From NCBI GenBank assembly GCA_963823665.1, contig CAWGMQ010000004.1:2368001-2432000 (forward strand): 64,000 bases of DNA, read 5' to 3'. Position numbers and translations under genes: made by a program. Source of the DNA: an uncultured Planctomycetota bacterium (lineage in GTDB: Bacteria > Planctomycetota > Planctomycetia > Isosphaerales > Isosphaeraceae). The notes beneath the pieces are model-generated. The model made no database searches. It was not told where the DNA came from and saw only the letters and a list, made by a program, of their open reading frames with translations. Every line of letters begins with the position of its first letter. Position 1 is the first letter of the stretch. Of the stretch, positions 49,301 to 61,400 are shown piece after piece.

Positions 49301-52300
49301 GCCGTTTGCGTCATATGAATAAGTGACTGTGTCGCCGTTCGGCAGTGTCTCACTCTGTCGCAAACCGGTGGCTGTATAGGTGTAGGTCGTCGTCAGTGGG
49401 GTCGCCAGGGTCTCTCCGTTGAGTTCGTCAGCCGTCGTTGAAGTGAGGTCTCCCATCACATCGTAGGTGTACTGGATGTCGGTAGAATCCGTGTACATTC
49501 CGAGGAGGTTGCCGGTCGCCGGGTCGTAGACGTAATGGAGCTCGGCTTCAGGGGAATCGATCTCGGTGACCTGCCCGTCGGTGTTGTAGGAATACGTGGT
49601 CAGTCCAATGCGTGGATCATTCACCGTTTGAAGCTGGCCCATGGCGGTATAGGTGAAAGTGATGCTATATGACGGCACCCCCGAATTGGCCTGCGCCACG
49701 TTCTGGTAATAGTCTGCCTCGACTTGCTCGCCCTGGCTGTTGTAGATGTACTGCGTGACCTGGCCATCGAAGTCGATGGCGCGGGTAACCTGGTTGTTAT
49801 TGTTGTAGATGTACTGATTGGTCTCCCCGTCGGGGAGGGTTTCGGAAAGTTGGTCCCCGTAAGGGTCGTAGGTGTACTTGGTCACATTACCCAGCGGGTC
49901 GGTAACCTGAAGTAAATCGCCAAGCGAGTCGTAGACGTAGGTGTAAGTGGGGCTGGTAAGAGCTCCGCCGTTGTTTGGATCGGTCACGGCGGGGAGAATT
50001 TCCTCGGTTAGCTCTCCTAGAGAGTTGTAGACGTACTGGGTCGTGTTCCCCAGAGCGTCTGTTTCTGAGACCACGTCCCCCTGTGAGTTGTAGGACTCCT
50101 TGATGGTAGAACCATCCGGGAGAATCGTTTCGGTGAGGTTTCCCAGGCTGTCGTACTGAAACCGTGTTTGCTGTCCCAGGGCGTCCGTCTGGAGAATTTC
50201 CCTGCCGTACTGGTCGTAGGCAAAAGTGGTGCGGCCGCCCAACGCGTCGATGCTGGCCGTCTCTTCGCCGAGACTGTTGTACTCGTAAGTGGTTGTACCC
50301 TCACCCGTGGTCGTTGTGGACTGCACGTGGCCTTCGGAAGTGTAGACCGTGGTTGTGGTCGAGATGACGCCGGTGTCCGAAACGACGGAACTGGAGCTGT
50401 TTCCCGCCGGAGTCGTCGTGATGTCGATCAGGAGGCCGGAAACGCGTTCGGTTTCCGCCACACGTCCCAGGGCATCGTACTCGGTGTATGTCCCATCCGG
50501 CAGGACGCCGCTCTGAGGGTTAAATGCATCTGTCCGATAGATCACACGGCCGAGCAGGTCGTAAACGGTCAGAACGACGAGGTTACCCTGTTCCGTGGTC
50601 TCGATGGGGTTGCCGTTCAAGTCATACTTGATACCTAGCGTGATCCCGTTTTGATTCACGCCGCCCGTGACTTGCCCGTCCGCATTGTACTCTGTCTGCG
50701 ATGTGACACCGTCAGGATACGTTACGCCGGTGAGCTTACCGCCCGCGTTGTAAGTATAGGTGGCGTTCAGGACTTCCTGGTTACTGGGGTTGCTCGGGTC
50801 AACCCAGAGCGTGGATGAGGAAGTCGGATTACCATCCGCGTTTACGGTTCGCGTCTGGGGCAACCCGGCGTCACCGTCCGAAGCAGTTAACACCCCCTGG
50901 GAGTTATACTGGAATACCATCGCATCGCCAGGACCCTGGACCTCCGAGGTGATCTGGCCGGTCGTGTTATAGTTAATGGTCGTGGTGGCACCGGCGAAAT
51001 CCGTCACCTGCGTTGCATTCCCCTGGGCATCGTACTCCGTTGTAGCCGTGTTACCTTCAGGATCCGTGCTGGAAGTAGCCTGTCCAGCGGCGTTGTAGGT
51101 GTACGACGTCGTGTTACCGGCCAGGTCGGTCGTCGAGAGGAGATCGCCGTTGGAATCGTAGGTATTCGTGGTGGTCTGTGACGTGCCATCGGTGTATGTG
51201 ACCGTTTGCGCCAACACCTTGTTCAGCGAGTTGTATGTATACGTCGTGATTGTGCCGACGGGATTGATCTGCTCCACGATGTTCCCGTTCGTGTCGTATG
51301 CTGTTGTTGTGGTGTCGCCCAGTGCGTCTTCGGTCGTCTCGACACGATCGGGCAAGTCGTTATTGAAGGTCACGGCGTTACCCATTGCGTTCACGATCTC
51401 GGTGATGTGGCCACTCGAGTCGTAGTCGGTCCGGACGCCTTCCCGGCCCAGAGGGTCGTACACCGACAGCAGCAGGTGATCACTGTTGTAGGTGAACCGT
51501 GTGACATTGCCTTCCTGGTCGGTGACCGATACCAGATCTCCATAGGAGTCGTACTGGTACGTGATCGATTCCCCCATCGGGTCCGTAATTGACGTGATCC
51601 GGTTCTGAGAATCCCGTGTAAACGTCAGGCTGGCGCCGTCGGAGTTGATCTCACCATTCGTAGTGAACGCCGTCGTGTTGCCGTTAGCGTCAGTAACACT
51701 CTGAAGACCATTTGCCTCGGAGATGATATACACCGTACCGTTGGCTGCGGTGTACTTCCAGCTCGTCGGATTGTAGACCTGACCGGTTGACTGATCGATG
51801 AAAGTCACCGGCCCCACCTGGGCAGGAGACACGATGACGTTGTTATTGGTCAGCGCGACTAGCGACCCGGTGGTACCCGAATTGGGAACCGGCACGAAAA
51901 AGATACTGGTGGTTGCCAGCGGTGGAGCTGCAATGGTGTAAGTCTCACCCGTGAAGCCCATCAAGAACTGTTCCGTTGTCCCATCGGGCAGGTAGATGGT
52001 CACATAATCGTTCTGTGTATTCTGGAAGCTGTACTGAATCCTCGCGGGCTCACTCCCCAGGCCCGGTGGCAACCCGATGCCCGGCAGGCCGCCGAACCCT
52101 CCAAGACCTCCGAGCCCCGCGAGGCTGCCGAGCCCTCCGAGCGGATTGACCTGGGTAGCAGGTAGCTGCGTCTCGGTCTGGATGAAACCCGCGCCCAGCA
52201 CAGACGACGTTTCCACACTCATCTGCGTCGTGGTCAGCGTCCACCCGTATCCAAAGTCGCCGCTCACGTCTTTCGTGAGACTGCTGTAAGTGCGAGTGGC

Positions 52301-55300
52301 AGTGAGATCAATACCCGGCTCGGCGACGTTCTCATCCTGGAAGCTCAAGGTGAAATTCCCGACCTTTGCCTCGCCGCTGACTTCGTACACCTCGTCCGCG
52401 GTTGTCACCTGCCCGCTCGTATCCTCGACCGTCAGCCGCACGTCGTAAAACCCGTTCTCCATGGTCGTCGGGTCGATCGTTCCCAGCGTGCCGTTGATCA
52501 CCGACTGGGTGCCGCCGCCAAACGTCGTCCACTGGTTCTGGCCTTCGACCGAGTATTGCAGGGTGTACTGCAAGAAGTCCGGCGAATTCGCGGTCCCCAT
52601 GATCGGTGTCGGCAGCGTCACCACCGGCGTGACCTGCGTTTCGTTGAAGCCTGCAACTGGGGCGGGCAGACCATTCGGCGGTGTCAGGAACACAACCGTC
52701 TGCGTGGCAGTGCCCTCGTTTCCTTCTGCGTCAAACGCGTTTGCCACGATCGTGAACACACCGGGTGCCACCGACGAAAGCGTGGTCGTCCCGGACGCGC
52801 TGAGCGCAACCTGGTTGCCGTTGATCAGGAGCACTTCGCTCGCCAGCGGCTTGCTATCGTGCGTCGAGGTCACCACCGAGATGTTCACCGTATCGCCGAT
52901 ACGTGCTGTCGTCTCGGAAACATTGAGCGTCACATCCGGTGGAATCAGGTTCGACGGAAGCGTGTTGTCAACGCGGGTGAAGGTTTCCGCGAGAGTGCTC
53001 ACGTTGCCGGCGACATCCGTCACCTGCGCTGTGAAGGTGTAAGCTGCGATCGTGGGCATGTTCACCGGATAGAACGAGAAATTGCCCGAGGAATCTGCTG
53101 TCGTCGTTGCCCCTGATTGGACCAACTCGACTGTCGCGCCCGGTACCGTCTGCCCGTCGAGACGTACGGTCGGCATCACGGTCGTGTTCGGGCCGAACGC
53201 CGGTGCTTCGAAGGCGGAATCCAGAGTGAACGACGAGATCTTTGGTAGCGTGTTGTCAACCGTGATGGTGAGCGGTGTCGAGAACGGACTGATGAGCCCC
53301 GAGACTGTTTCCGCGGTCGCCGTGAAGATGTACTGCCCGTCAGCAAGCTCCCCGGGTATGGCGAAGTTAAACGGCGCCATGCTGGTGGAAGTTTGCTGCC
53401 CGACCTGCGAGCCATTCATGTAGAGCGTCACGATTGTGCCGACGGGCGCGGACATCTGGATCGTCAGCGAGCGATCCTTAGTGATCGTGCCGCTCGTGCC
53501 GGTCAGGTCACTCGCGAGCAGTTGCACACCGGTTGGCGGCAGCGGCCGCGTGCTCTCGAGATCAAAGAACACGTGGTAGACAGTTGACTGATTCCCCAGG
53601 TTGTCCGTGGCCTCTAGCGCAATGGTGTGCGAGCCATCCGGAAGCGCCGTTCCGCCGTTTAATGTTGCCAGATCCGCCGCCGTGAGTGTGAAGCCCTCTC
53701 CGGTCAGGAAAGAGGTTGCATCCGTCATCGCACCGCCGTCGATGGAAACCTCGAAGCTCTTCACTCCGCTGGGGTCATTCACGAGTCCTGTGATCGTCGG
53801 GTCGTACGTGATGTCGTCTGTACTCGAGATACCTGTGTCATTGGCCAGCGCCGCCGTGATCACTGGCGCACTCGTGTCAGCCGCCGTTGTCGTGATGGTC
53901 TGCGTCAACTCGCTGCTGTTGCCCGCGACATCGCTCGCTACCACGATGAAAGCTTGCGAACCGGTCGCCAGCGCGATGTTGTCAAAGGTGAAACTACCGC
54001 CTGGGCTGGCCTGCGTCTGCGCAATCGCCGTGTTCGGGTCCCACTGGCGATACAGCGAGACGAAGGCGCTCGGGCTTGTTGTGCCGGTCAGGTTCACAAC
54101 CTGCAAGTTTGTCTCTGTTGTCTGGCCTGCTGGGCTCTGAGAGGCGGTATCTAGCCCCAGCGTCGGCGTTGTCGGAGGGGTGGTGCTGATGACAAGCGTT
54201 ACCGGCGCAGCCGGCGTGCTGACGTTGCCAGCGACGTCTTCCGCAGTCGCCGTCATCGCATAGGTACCGTTCGCCAGCGTCGTCGTCGCGATGAATACTG
54301 GACCGTTGTTTGCTGTCGCCTGGCCAACCTGCACGCCGTTCGCGTAGAGCGTGACAATGTCGTTTGCCGGCGCGGCTACCTCGAATGTCGGCGTCGCGTC
54401 CCGTGTGATACCATCGCTCGAGCTGATACCAGTGTCGCTCGAGGCCAGTAGCTGCGGCGTCACCTGCGCGGGCGGTGTCGTCAAGAGGATGAAGCTCACG
54501 CTCACGGGCTGAGACAGATTGCCGTTGGAATCCTTAGCCACGAGCGTGAGCGTGTGCTTGCCGTCGGCTACCGGACCGCCGTTGATCGTCGCCAGCAGCG
54601 CGGGCGTGATCGTGAATGTCGTGCCGGAAAGCGAACTCAGAACGCTGACCGCACTCGATTGATCGAGCTGTGCCTCGAACGACGTGATCGGATTCACTGC
54701 CGTGATCGTTCCCGTCACGGTGTCGTCAGATGTGATGTTGTCGAGCGCCGAAACACCGGTGTCGTCGGCCAGTTGAGCCGTGATTACCGGCGGCACCAGG
54801 CTCTGCCCCGGCAAGTTGCGCGTGATGATGTCCGTGTACTGGCTGCTCACGTCGTTCGCATTGGTTGCGACCGCGGTGAACGAATTCGGCCCGTTGGCCA
54901 GCGATACGTTGAAGAAGACGAACAGGCCGTTGGGATTAGACGTGGTGCTGACACCGGTCGGCTCGAGTGTGACCGTTACATTGGGATTGGTCTGGCCGAC
55001 CAGGGTCACCGTCGCGTCGGTTGTCGTACCGCTGCCGGGCGGCGTCTGGGAGTTGACGTCCAGATTGAAGACCGGCTGCGCCGGAGGCGTCGTGGGAACT
55101 GTCGCCGTCGTCGCATGGAACCCGTAGTCACTCGCCAGGATCACCTCGTCTGCCAGATTGACCGTGCCGTCACCGTTGATATCGGCCGCCAGGCTATAAT
55201 TCGCGCTGCTGGTACTGCTCCCCATCGCTTCCTCGAGCAGCGCGCTATCATTGCCGTCGACATTGCCGTCACCATTGATATCGCCGGCGACCGTGAGGTT

Positions 55301-55456
55301 GAGCGAATACTTGCCGGTGCTCGACGCGGTCGCGCCGGAGACGGAAACCACGTAAAGCCCGGGCTGATTGATCGGGAACAGGGCGACGAGTGTGCTCCCC
55401 TGCGTGTTCACGGAAAGCGGCTGGACGCCGGCGTATCGTGGGCATCGCTGGAACAA
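46397..55456 (-). CDS. C-terminal ~3000 aa of a giant RHS/YD-repeat protein: dockerin-like pair, Ig-like repeats, YD shell, RHS core, hydrophobic region, HExxH domain
   Basis: GDINGDGNVD/ADINGDGTVN, many YxYD repeats, FLYDGHGSTR, YSGQQFD, YYMRARLYDPTTGRFTQSDP, NPVNLIDPSG, HELGHLEG. The ORF start is a frameshift artefact. Confidence 0.92.
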   Translation of the reverse strand: MFQRCPRYAGVQPLSVNTQGSTLVALFPINQPGLYVVSVSGATASSTGKYSLNLTVAGDINGDGNVDGNDSALLEEAMGSSTSSANYSLAADINGDGTVNLADEVILASDYGFHATTATVPTTPPAQPVFNLDVNSQTPPGSGTTTDATVTLVGQTNPNVTVTLEPTGVSTTSNPNGLFVFFNVSLANGPNSFTAVATNANDVSSQYTDIITRNLPGQSLVPPVITAQLADDTGVSALDNITSDDTVTGTITAVNPITSFEAQLDQSSAVSVLSSLSGTTFTITPALLATINGGPVADGKHTLTLVAKDSNGNLSQPVSVSFILLTTPPAQVTPQLLASSDTGISSSDGITRDATPTFEVAAPANDIVTLYANGVQVGQATANNGPVFIATTTLANGTYAMTATAEDVAGNVSTPAAPVTLVISTTPPTTPTLGLDTASQSPAGQTTETNLQVVNLTGTTSPSAFVSLYRQWDPNTAIAQTQASPGGSFTFDNIALATGSQAFIVVASDVAGNSSELTQTITTTAADTSAPVITAALANDTGISSTDDITYDPTITGLVNDPSGVKSFEVSIDGGAMTDATSFLTGEGFTLTAADLATLNGGTALPDGSHTIALEATDNLGNQSTVYHVFFDLESTRPLPPTGVQLLASDLTGTSGTITKDRSLTIQMSAPVGTIVTLYMNGSQVGQQTSTSMAPFNFAIPGELADGQYIFTATAETVSGLISPFSTPLTITVDNTLPKISSFTLDSAFEAPAFGPNTTVMPTVRLDGQTVPGATVELVQSGATTTADSSGNFSFYPVNMPTIAAYTFTAQVTDVAGNVSTLAETFTRVDNTLPSNLIPPDVTLNVSETTARIGDTVNISVVTSTHDSKPLASEVLLINGNQVALSASGTTTLSSVAPGVFTIVANAFDAEGNEGTATQTVVFLTPPNGLPAPVAGFNETQVTPVVTLPTPIMGTANSPDFLQYTLQYSVEGQNQWTTFGGGTQSVINGTLGTIDPTTMENGFYDVRLTVEDTSGQVTTADEVYEVSGEAKVGNFTLSFQDENVAEPGIDLTATRTYSSLTKDVSGDFGYGWTLTTTQMSVETSSVLGAGFIQTETQLPATQVNPLGGLGSLAGLGGLGGFGGLPGIGLPPGLGSEPARIQYSFQNTQNDYVTIYLPDGTTEQFLMGFTGETYTIAAPPLATTSIFFVPVPNSGTTGSLVALTNNNVIVSPAQVGPVTFIDQSTGQVYNPTSWKYTAANGTVYIISEANGLQSVTDANGNTTAFTTNGEINSDGASLTFTRDSQNRITSITDPMGESITYQYDSYGDLVSVTDQEGNVTRFTYNSDHLLLSVYDPLGREGVRTDYDSSGHITEIVNAMGNAVTFNNDLPDRVETTEDALGDTTTTAYDTNGNIVEQINPVGTITTYTYNSLNKVLAQTVTYTDGTSQTTTNTYDSNGDLLSTTDLAGNTTSYTYNAAGQATSSTDPEGNTATTEYDAQGNATQVTDFAGATTTINYNTTGQITSEVQGPGDAMVFQYNSQGVLTASDGDAGLPQTRTVNADGNPTSSSTLWVDPSNPSNQEVLNATYTYNAGGKLTGVTYPDGVTSQTEYNADGQVTGGVNQNGITLGIKYDLNGNPIETTEQGNLVVLTVYDLLGRVIYRTDAFNPQSGVLPDGTYTEYDALGRVAETERVSGLLIDITTTPAGNSSSSVVSDTGVISTTTTVYTSEGHVQSTTTTGEGTTTYEYNSLGEETASIDALGGRTTFAYDQYGREILQTDALGQQTRFQYDSLGNLTETILPDGSTIKESYNSQGDVVSETDALGNTTQYVYNSLGELTEEILPAVTDPNNGGALTSPTYTYVYDSLGDLLQVTDPLGNVTKYTYDPYGDQLSETLPDGETNQYIYNNNNQVTRAIDFDGQVTQYIYNSQGEQVEADYYQNVAQANSGVPSYSITFTYTAMGQLQTVNDPRIGLTTYSYNTDGQVTEIDSPEAELHYVYDPATGNLLGMYTDSTDIQYTYDVMGDLTSTTADELNGETLATPLTTTYTYTATGLRQSETLPNGDTVTYSYDANGNLTQQVTKDAAGDLLSEYDYVNDANGNRLQATETTLQADGTLAKTEITYTYDALGRLTQEKSQDLTGGQPQFDYTIDYTYDLAGNRLSMVTTTPSGTVTVNYTYNNDYELLAQTSSNGTVTTYTYDANGSLLTESVNGQMVEQYTYNLQNQMLTATMISSPAAGQTQVTTTTYYYDTSGNKVRTVTSVIINGGPATVTSTDYVVDEENPSGYAQVLEERDGTTHAVTMTYILGDDIVGQVGTSLSSLRFFLYDGHGSTRLLTNMQGAITDRFAYTAFGNPIGFNPYTAATQFLYSGQQFDQFSGQYYMRARLYDPTTGRFTQSDPLPALTGDALSLHRYVYAQNNPVNLIDPSGQSITPTSPTAIISDIALGSIALGIFGLFLFESPLLAFGATAIGLVATAAQAEMDIVSINDEIPTINILRHTLGAVNPSALPAINDLFVDAVVVVVFDAISLLVGAIGVLGGGYTYLHTGDLGAALPKVPPFISKAFVFLTNPLFALALFVVQIGVNAYYNGLLGLDAMEVLTFYYDTNDTQGPLRPGTPSYSVDSTLVGDLNGPLILAETFYGFSGSPAGILGEAAQVIGDSATLFGSTQGNAKVLANNIVANFMGARASLTANFLQGPPLANSITVAQNGHTIRSGQLLASLPAAGVIPVAPSGLISSDDPALTALLPEALTLWQTSLGRPLPFMPTIVVATLPSGVLGETYVTDWNSAGQATNGVILLSPNANGAGWYDDPDAPGNKSDFSQTLANNAYAAQPGSAAYGHYDLLTVLLHELGHLEGFLPNNPSFEQHVETINGSQTFVGPGISAALVDSDQELNSSIYANDLMSATLAPSVQELPSALDVQIINVINGVAPSTPATGSSGAGAATSTSSPVSPATVVDQAVHSLGSVVTKEKKDKKPEHANKRSVTVKVNHAGASSEHNGSKRRVVVKSPGKAAGKKATNRPDGDLAVHLAKRGSVMKQKP

Positions 55457-58400
55457 GGCCGTCGCTCCCCTGCGACGATCACGCGCAAAAGCACGCTGCC
55501 GGTTGCCGTTGAGTTGAGCTCGGCCTGGTCGAAGTGGAAGCCGAAGAGATCTGTCTCGCCGGCGGCCAGCGTATTGTCGATCGTCGTGCCTGAAAATTGT
55601 GCGGCGCCTCCCAGATCACGCTGAATATAAGACGTCGTCGTGGTGCCGGGCGTATACTGCACGCTGTTGCCGTTGCTGCGCAGGGCCGCGATCAGCAGAT
55701 GAGGATCGGAGAGCGAATACCCGTACTGCTGTGAGCCTCCCGTGCTCTGATTCTGCATCAAGACGAGGTTGCCGTTTGAGTCGTACTGATAATTCAACAC
55801 CTCGCCGCCAGGTGCGACGATGCTCGTGATCAGCCCCTGGCTGTTGCGCAGAAACTGGATTGTTTGCCCGTTGGCTGCCGTGATGCCGCTGTCGCTGATG
55901 TAAAGCTGAGCACCCGAAGAGGTGATCTCGCCGATGATATTCCCGTCTTCGTCGAGCTGATATTGCGTGTTGCCGGGCGCAACCAGCGTGTAGCTCGGGC
56001 CGCTGAAAAACGGATTTCCCGGGTTGTACGGCTGACCGCTCGTCAGGTCGTAATAGTTGCTACCGGACTTTGTGAGTACGGCCTCGGTCGACTCGAGCGT
56101 GTAGCTCACACCGCTCTCAGACTGCCAGGCCGGATGGTAGAACGTCTGGCCCGCAACCTCGAAGCTCGTCGGTGCAAACGTAAATGGCACACGCTGGCCC
56201 GTCGGCAGTGTCAGGAAAATCACCGTGCCGTCGCCGAACGGATTGAAGACGCCGTAATCCTCCTGTCCCGTCGTCGCCACGTTGGTCTGGAGATTCGTCT
56301 GCCGATTTACCAGCATCCAGCCGGCGCCAAAGTCGCCGCTACCGTCACGATTGAGCGGATCGTAACTGCGCTCGAGCAGCACCGTCGTTCCGTCCAGGTC
56401 AATGCTCAAGTCGGAGTCGGTCACCACCAGGTCGCCGGGTTTGGCGGGTGTGTTGATCTCGATCTGAGCCGTGGTTGTCGAGGTCCGTCCGGTCAAGTCA
56501 GTCGCGGTGAGCTCAAGCTGATAAAAACCGTTGGCCAGCTCGGCTGGATCGAGCTGTGCCAGCGGGCCGTCGTTCACTGGCGTGGTGCCGGTGGCCAGCA
56601 CCGTGAAATCGGGATTGTTGGGCGTGGCGATCTCGAGCGTCCAGGAATCAAGGTTTGTGTCGGCAACCGTTCCCAGAATTGCGGTCGGGCTCGACAGCAC
56701 GGCATCAGGCACGGAGCTGTCGAAGGAAACTGATGGCGGGGTCGTGTCGTTCGGGTCGCGCACCTGGACGTAGGCCGTCGCCGTTCCGACCAGACCGTCC
56801 GCGTCTGTCGCCGTCGCCGTGATCAGCGACTGACCCGGGTTGCCGGCGGTGACGGTTACTTCCCCATTCGAGTTGAGCGCAAGCGGCTGGCCGTCGAGCA
56901 TGACGACCAGGTTCGTAATTGGTGCCACACTGGTGGCGATCGCATTGATGATCACCTGCTGCCCCGGGATCGCCGGGAAGCTGGGCGTGAGCACAATTTG
57001 CACGCTGGGGAGCTGAGGCTTGACCGCGGCCTCGATCAGGATGTTCTGAGTCGAGCTTGCCTCACCGTCAGAGACTTGGAGCGTGACGACGAAGGCACCC
57101 GCCTGCGAGGGCCCAGGCGTCCACCGGAACTCGCCCGTCTGTGCGTTGATTGTCGCACCACTCGGTAGGTTGATTGCCGAGTAAGTGAGAGTGGTACCGG
57201 CATCGAGGTCGGTTGCCTGGATCTGGAATGAAAGCGGCACGCCGAGCGCCGCCTGATGATCGGGGGTATCGAGCGTCGGCGGCCGGACGACGTGAGCAAT
57301 ATTGAGCGTCACGGTCATCGAAGCACTGCCACCGGTGGGGTCTGTCGCCGTGAACTGCAGGTTGTAAACGCCCGCCTGCCCGTACGCTGGCGTCCAACTG
57401 AACATTCCGGTCGACGCGTTGAACGTCGAGCCAGTGGGTGCATTGAGCAAGTCATACAGAAGCGGCGCACCGTCTACATCGGCGGCCACAACCGTGAACT
57501 GGACCTGGAATCCTTCACGGCCGTACTGCGGGATGAGCGGAATGAACTGAGGCGGGAAATCCGTGTGCGTGACCGTGATGTTCACCGTCTCCGTGCTGCT
57601 TGTGCTGCCGTCGCTGGCCGTCACCGGTACGGAATAACTGCCTGCCTGGCCCGACTCAGGCGTCCAGGTGAGCAATCCAGTGGCGGGATTGATGCTCGCA
57701 CCACTTGGTAAATCTGCGGCTGTGTACGTGAGCGGATCGCCCTCCTGCTTGGTTGCAGTCACTGAAAGGCTTAACGTTTGCCCTTCGGCAACGGTGGCAG
57801 TTGTTGTCGCAGCCGGGAAAACCGGCGCTGTATCGCTCGAGCGCACGACGATACGGATGGTGGTTGAAACCGAAGACGGCTGGGTAATCGTACCGTTACC
57901 TGCATCGGTCACTGTGAAGGTGACCTGGTGCGCACCGGTGTCGGCGGCAGTCGGCGTCCACTCAAGCGTGGCCGATCCGTAGGAAGTTCCCGACGTCAGA
58001 ACAGCCGCGGCTGGAAGCCCGCTCACCGCGTAAGTCAAGAGGTCCTGGTCGGGCTCGCTCGCAGTCAGGCTGAGTATGAAGGGTTGACCGATCACGGCGA
58101 CCTGGTCGCCAACGTAATCAAGCACCGGCACCTGCGTCGGCGAGTTGACCGTCACCTCGAACGTGTAAGTGCCGCTCAGCACCCCGGCTGGCCCCAGCCC
58201 ATCGCCGTTATCTGTCGCTACCAACCTGAGCGTGTACGTGCCGCGATTCCCCGCCGGTGGGTTGAAGTGCAGGATGCCGTTGCCGTTCCCGTTGTCCGTG
58301 AGCGTCACGAAGCTCGGCAGCGGGTAGCCGGGAACGCCGTTCTCGACGGATAGCGTCATCGGGTTGCCGTCGGGATCAACCGCCTGCACTGCCTGGTCAA

Positions 58401-61400
58401 AAGGCTGCCCGGCCGTGAGCGTGATGTCGGCAATCGGAGTCACCGCCGGAGCGTGGTTCACGATCAAGACGGTGATGGGCACTGTGATGCTAGTCGAGAG
58501 CGGGCCGCCGTTATCGTCGTTTGTCGCCGTGAACACGACGTTGTATGTGCCGTTCTGGTGGTCGGCCGGTGTCCAGCTAAAGAGTGCGCTGTTCGGGTTG
58601 AACGTCGCGCCGGGAGGCAGGCCGCTTACAGTGTAGGTCACTGTCGGCTGAGTCGTCGGATATGGTGAAAGTGTTCCATCGGGCAGTGTTATCGGCAACT
58701 CGAACGTCGGGTTGTGTGGATCGACTGCGAAGGCCGTGAACGAGATCGGCTGGCCTTCGTCCACCTGCCAGCTCTGCTAGCGGGCTGAACACGGGCGCAG
58801 CGGGTGCAGGCAGAACCGTGTAGGTTGCCGTCACCGTCGTCGAAATCCCCTGATCGCTAGTCGCCGTGAACGGTACGGTGTACGTTCCCACCTGGTCGTA
58901 GCCGATCGGCCAGTCGAATACGCCTGTGTTGGGACCGAGCGTGGCATTTCCTGGCAGGCTCGCGCTGGAATAGGTCACCGTCCCGCCGTCCGCGTCGCTC
59001 CCCTGCAAGGTAAATTGCAGATAATCACCCTCGCGCACGGTCTGGTCCGGCACGGCGGCAAGCTGCGGCGGAGGTGGCGCCGGTGCGATCAAAAGCGTGA
59101 CCGTGGCACTCACAGTATTCACGCCGTCGCTGACGTAAAATGTCACATTGTCGTATGTGCCAGCCTGGCTAAAATTTGGCTCCCAGAGCAGCGTATGCGT
59201 GGTCGGGTCGAATGACGCGCCGCCCGGAAGATTCGCGGCCCAGTAGAAGAGCGAGCGGCCGTCCGAGTCCGTTGCAGTTACCGGAAGTACAAGCGGCTGA
59301 CCTTCTTTCCCGGAAACCTCCGAAGGCAGCGGCCCGATCACGGGCGGAACGCTCCCACCCGCAACCTGAATCGAGAAGTGCTGGATGGTGTAGCTGCCGC
59401 TGGGATCATACGCGAAGAGATCGACGTTCACGGTCGCAGGAGTTGTGGGAAGGGTGTTCCAGGTGATGAGCCCCGTGACCGGATTCACGGTCATCCCGGT
59501 GGGACCATCGCCGAGCACAAAACCGGGCGTCGAGCCGTCGGGATCGTGGGCTGCTGCCTGGTACGTATACGTGTTCCCGGCCGTTACACCGGTCACCGGC
59601 GTGCTGGTGAAGACCGGCGCACTGACCGCCGGCAGTATGCCCGAGACTTCCGTGGTGTAGTCGATCGTCTGCCCGTTCGTATCGTTGATCGTCACCGTTT
59701 GACCGGTTGTGCTCTGCCCCGGCGCAAGCTGCACGCCGCCGGGCACCGAGCTATTCGAGACTGATGAGCCAGCTCCCATTCGAGCTCTGCGACGCATTCT
59801 GTGGAGTGCCTGTGAAGTTCGCCCCCGGAGTGAGGATCAGCAGCAAGGGCGCCAGCAAATTGAACTGGCTGGTGTTCGTGATCGTCACGTCGAACGACAC
59901 CGTGCCCGTATTCCGATCTGACCGCGTGCTCGTGAACGTGAGCGAGACATAGGGGGAGAGGTTGCTGACGGTCGAGAAGTGAGTCACATAGGGCGTAAGC
60001 AGTGTCAGTCCGTTCGTGCTCTGGATCGACTCGGCCGACGGTAAGCGTGTACGTGTCGGCGGTGAGTCCCGAAACGACCAGAAGCGCGGTCTTCGAGTTC
60101 GGGTTGTACTGGACTGCGTCGATGATCGCCGGGCCGGAGGTTTGGCCGACCAAGCTGTAATCGGCCGGATCGGTGACCGACGCACTGTTGGTCGAGGAGC
60201 CGGTGAACATCTCCTGATCAAAGGTCACGCCGATGAAGGCCAGCGGCAGCGCCGCGATACTGCCGCTCGGCGGATTCGTGGCCACCACGACCGGCGGCAC
60301 CACCGGCTCGAGCACGTCCACTTCGTGCGACTGGCTGATCAATAGCCGGCCGTCAGAAGTGGCCAGGACGTCAAAGCCGCGCGTGCCTCCCTGCGCCACC
60401 GCCACCTGCTGGAGCGTTGTCAGGTCGACCATCGTCAGATCGGTTGGCGTCGGCGCAACCATGCCGCCGGGTGTATTCGGTGCGTCGTCGTGGGACACGA
60501 AGAGCAGGTTCGCCAGGTCAGTCCCCTCCTGGCCGAAGGAAATCGACTGGATGTCGGAATCAAATGTGAGCATAACCTGTGCACGAGCCAGGTCGTTGAA
60601 CTCGACGACCTGCGTCGAGTTGGGCCAGGTGACAGCCCAGAGATTGCCCTGGTTGGTCAAACGCCAGGCTCGAGACGCGCAGGTTCTGGTCACGGCTAAA
60701 CTGCGTGAAGGTATCCGTCGTCGGGTCGAAGATCGAGACGCCGTTACTGGTCGCGACGTAGATCTGGTCGGACAGGGGATCAACGGCCAGTGCGAGCGTG
60801 ATGCCCTGGCCGAACTGATTGATGATCGACCCCGTAGCAGGGTCAAGCTGCAAGAGCGGCCCGCCTCCGGTCGCCGCCCAGAGATCGCCCTGGTTGTCAA
60901 ACGCCAGTGCAAAGATCTGGTAGGGCAGCGTGGCCAGGGGTGCGCCGATTTGGCCACCGTTTGCGTTGACATGGAACAGCTCGTTGCGGGACGGTCCCCC
61001 GCTGATCAGAAAGCTTCCGTCCGGCTCCTCGGCGATCGCCATCGGGCCCAAGATGCCGTCGCTCTGCTCAAATCCCGTGGCGAATGACTGGGCCTCGAAT
61101 GGCTGGAGCACCGTCATGAATTCGGAGGGATTGCTCGCCGGGGGCGCGGCCGGTACGCCTTGCTGCGCTTGCTTGAACAGGGGGTTGGTCGAGGGCTGTA
61201 CCGTGGGTGCCGGCGGAACGCCGAAGTTGGGCGGGGTCGTGTTGGGAACAGTCGGTAGTGCGCCCAGATTCACCGTGGTCGTGTTCTGCGGCACATTGGC
61301 GTTGGCCGGCGGCAGCTCGTGATTACCGGCTACGTCGGTCGCCAGCGCCAGGAACGTATAGGTATTCCCGGCCTGGCCCTGATAGATCATCGTTCCCGAT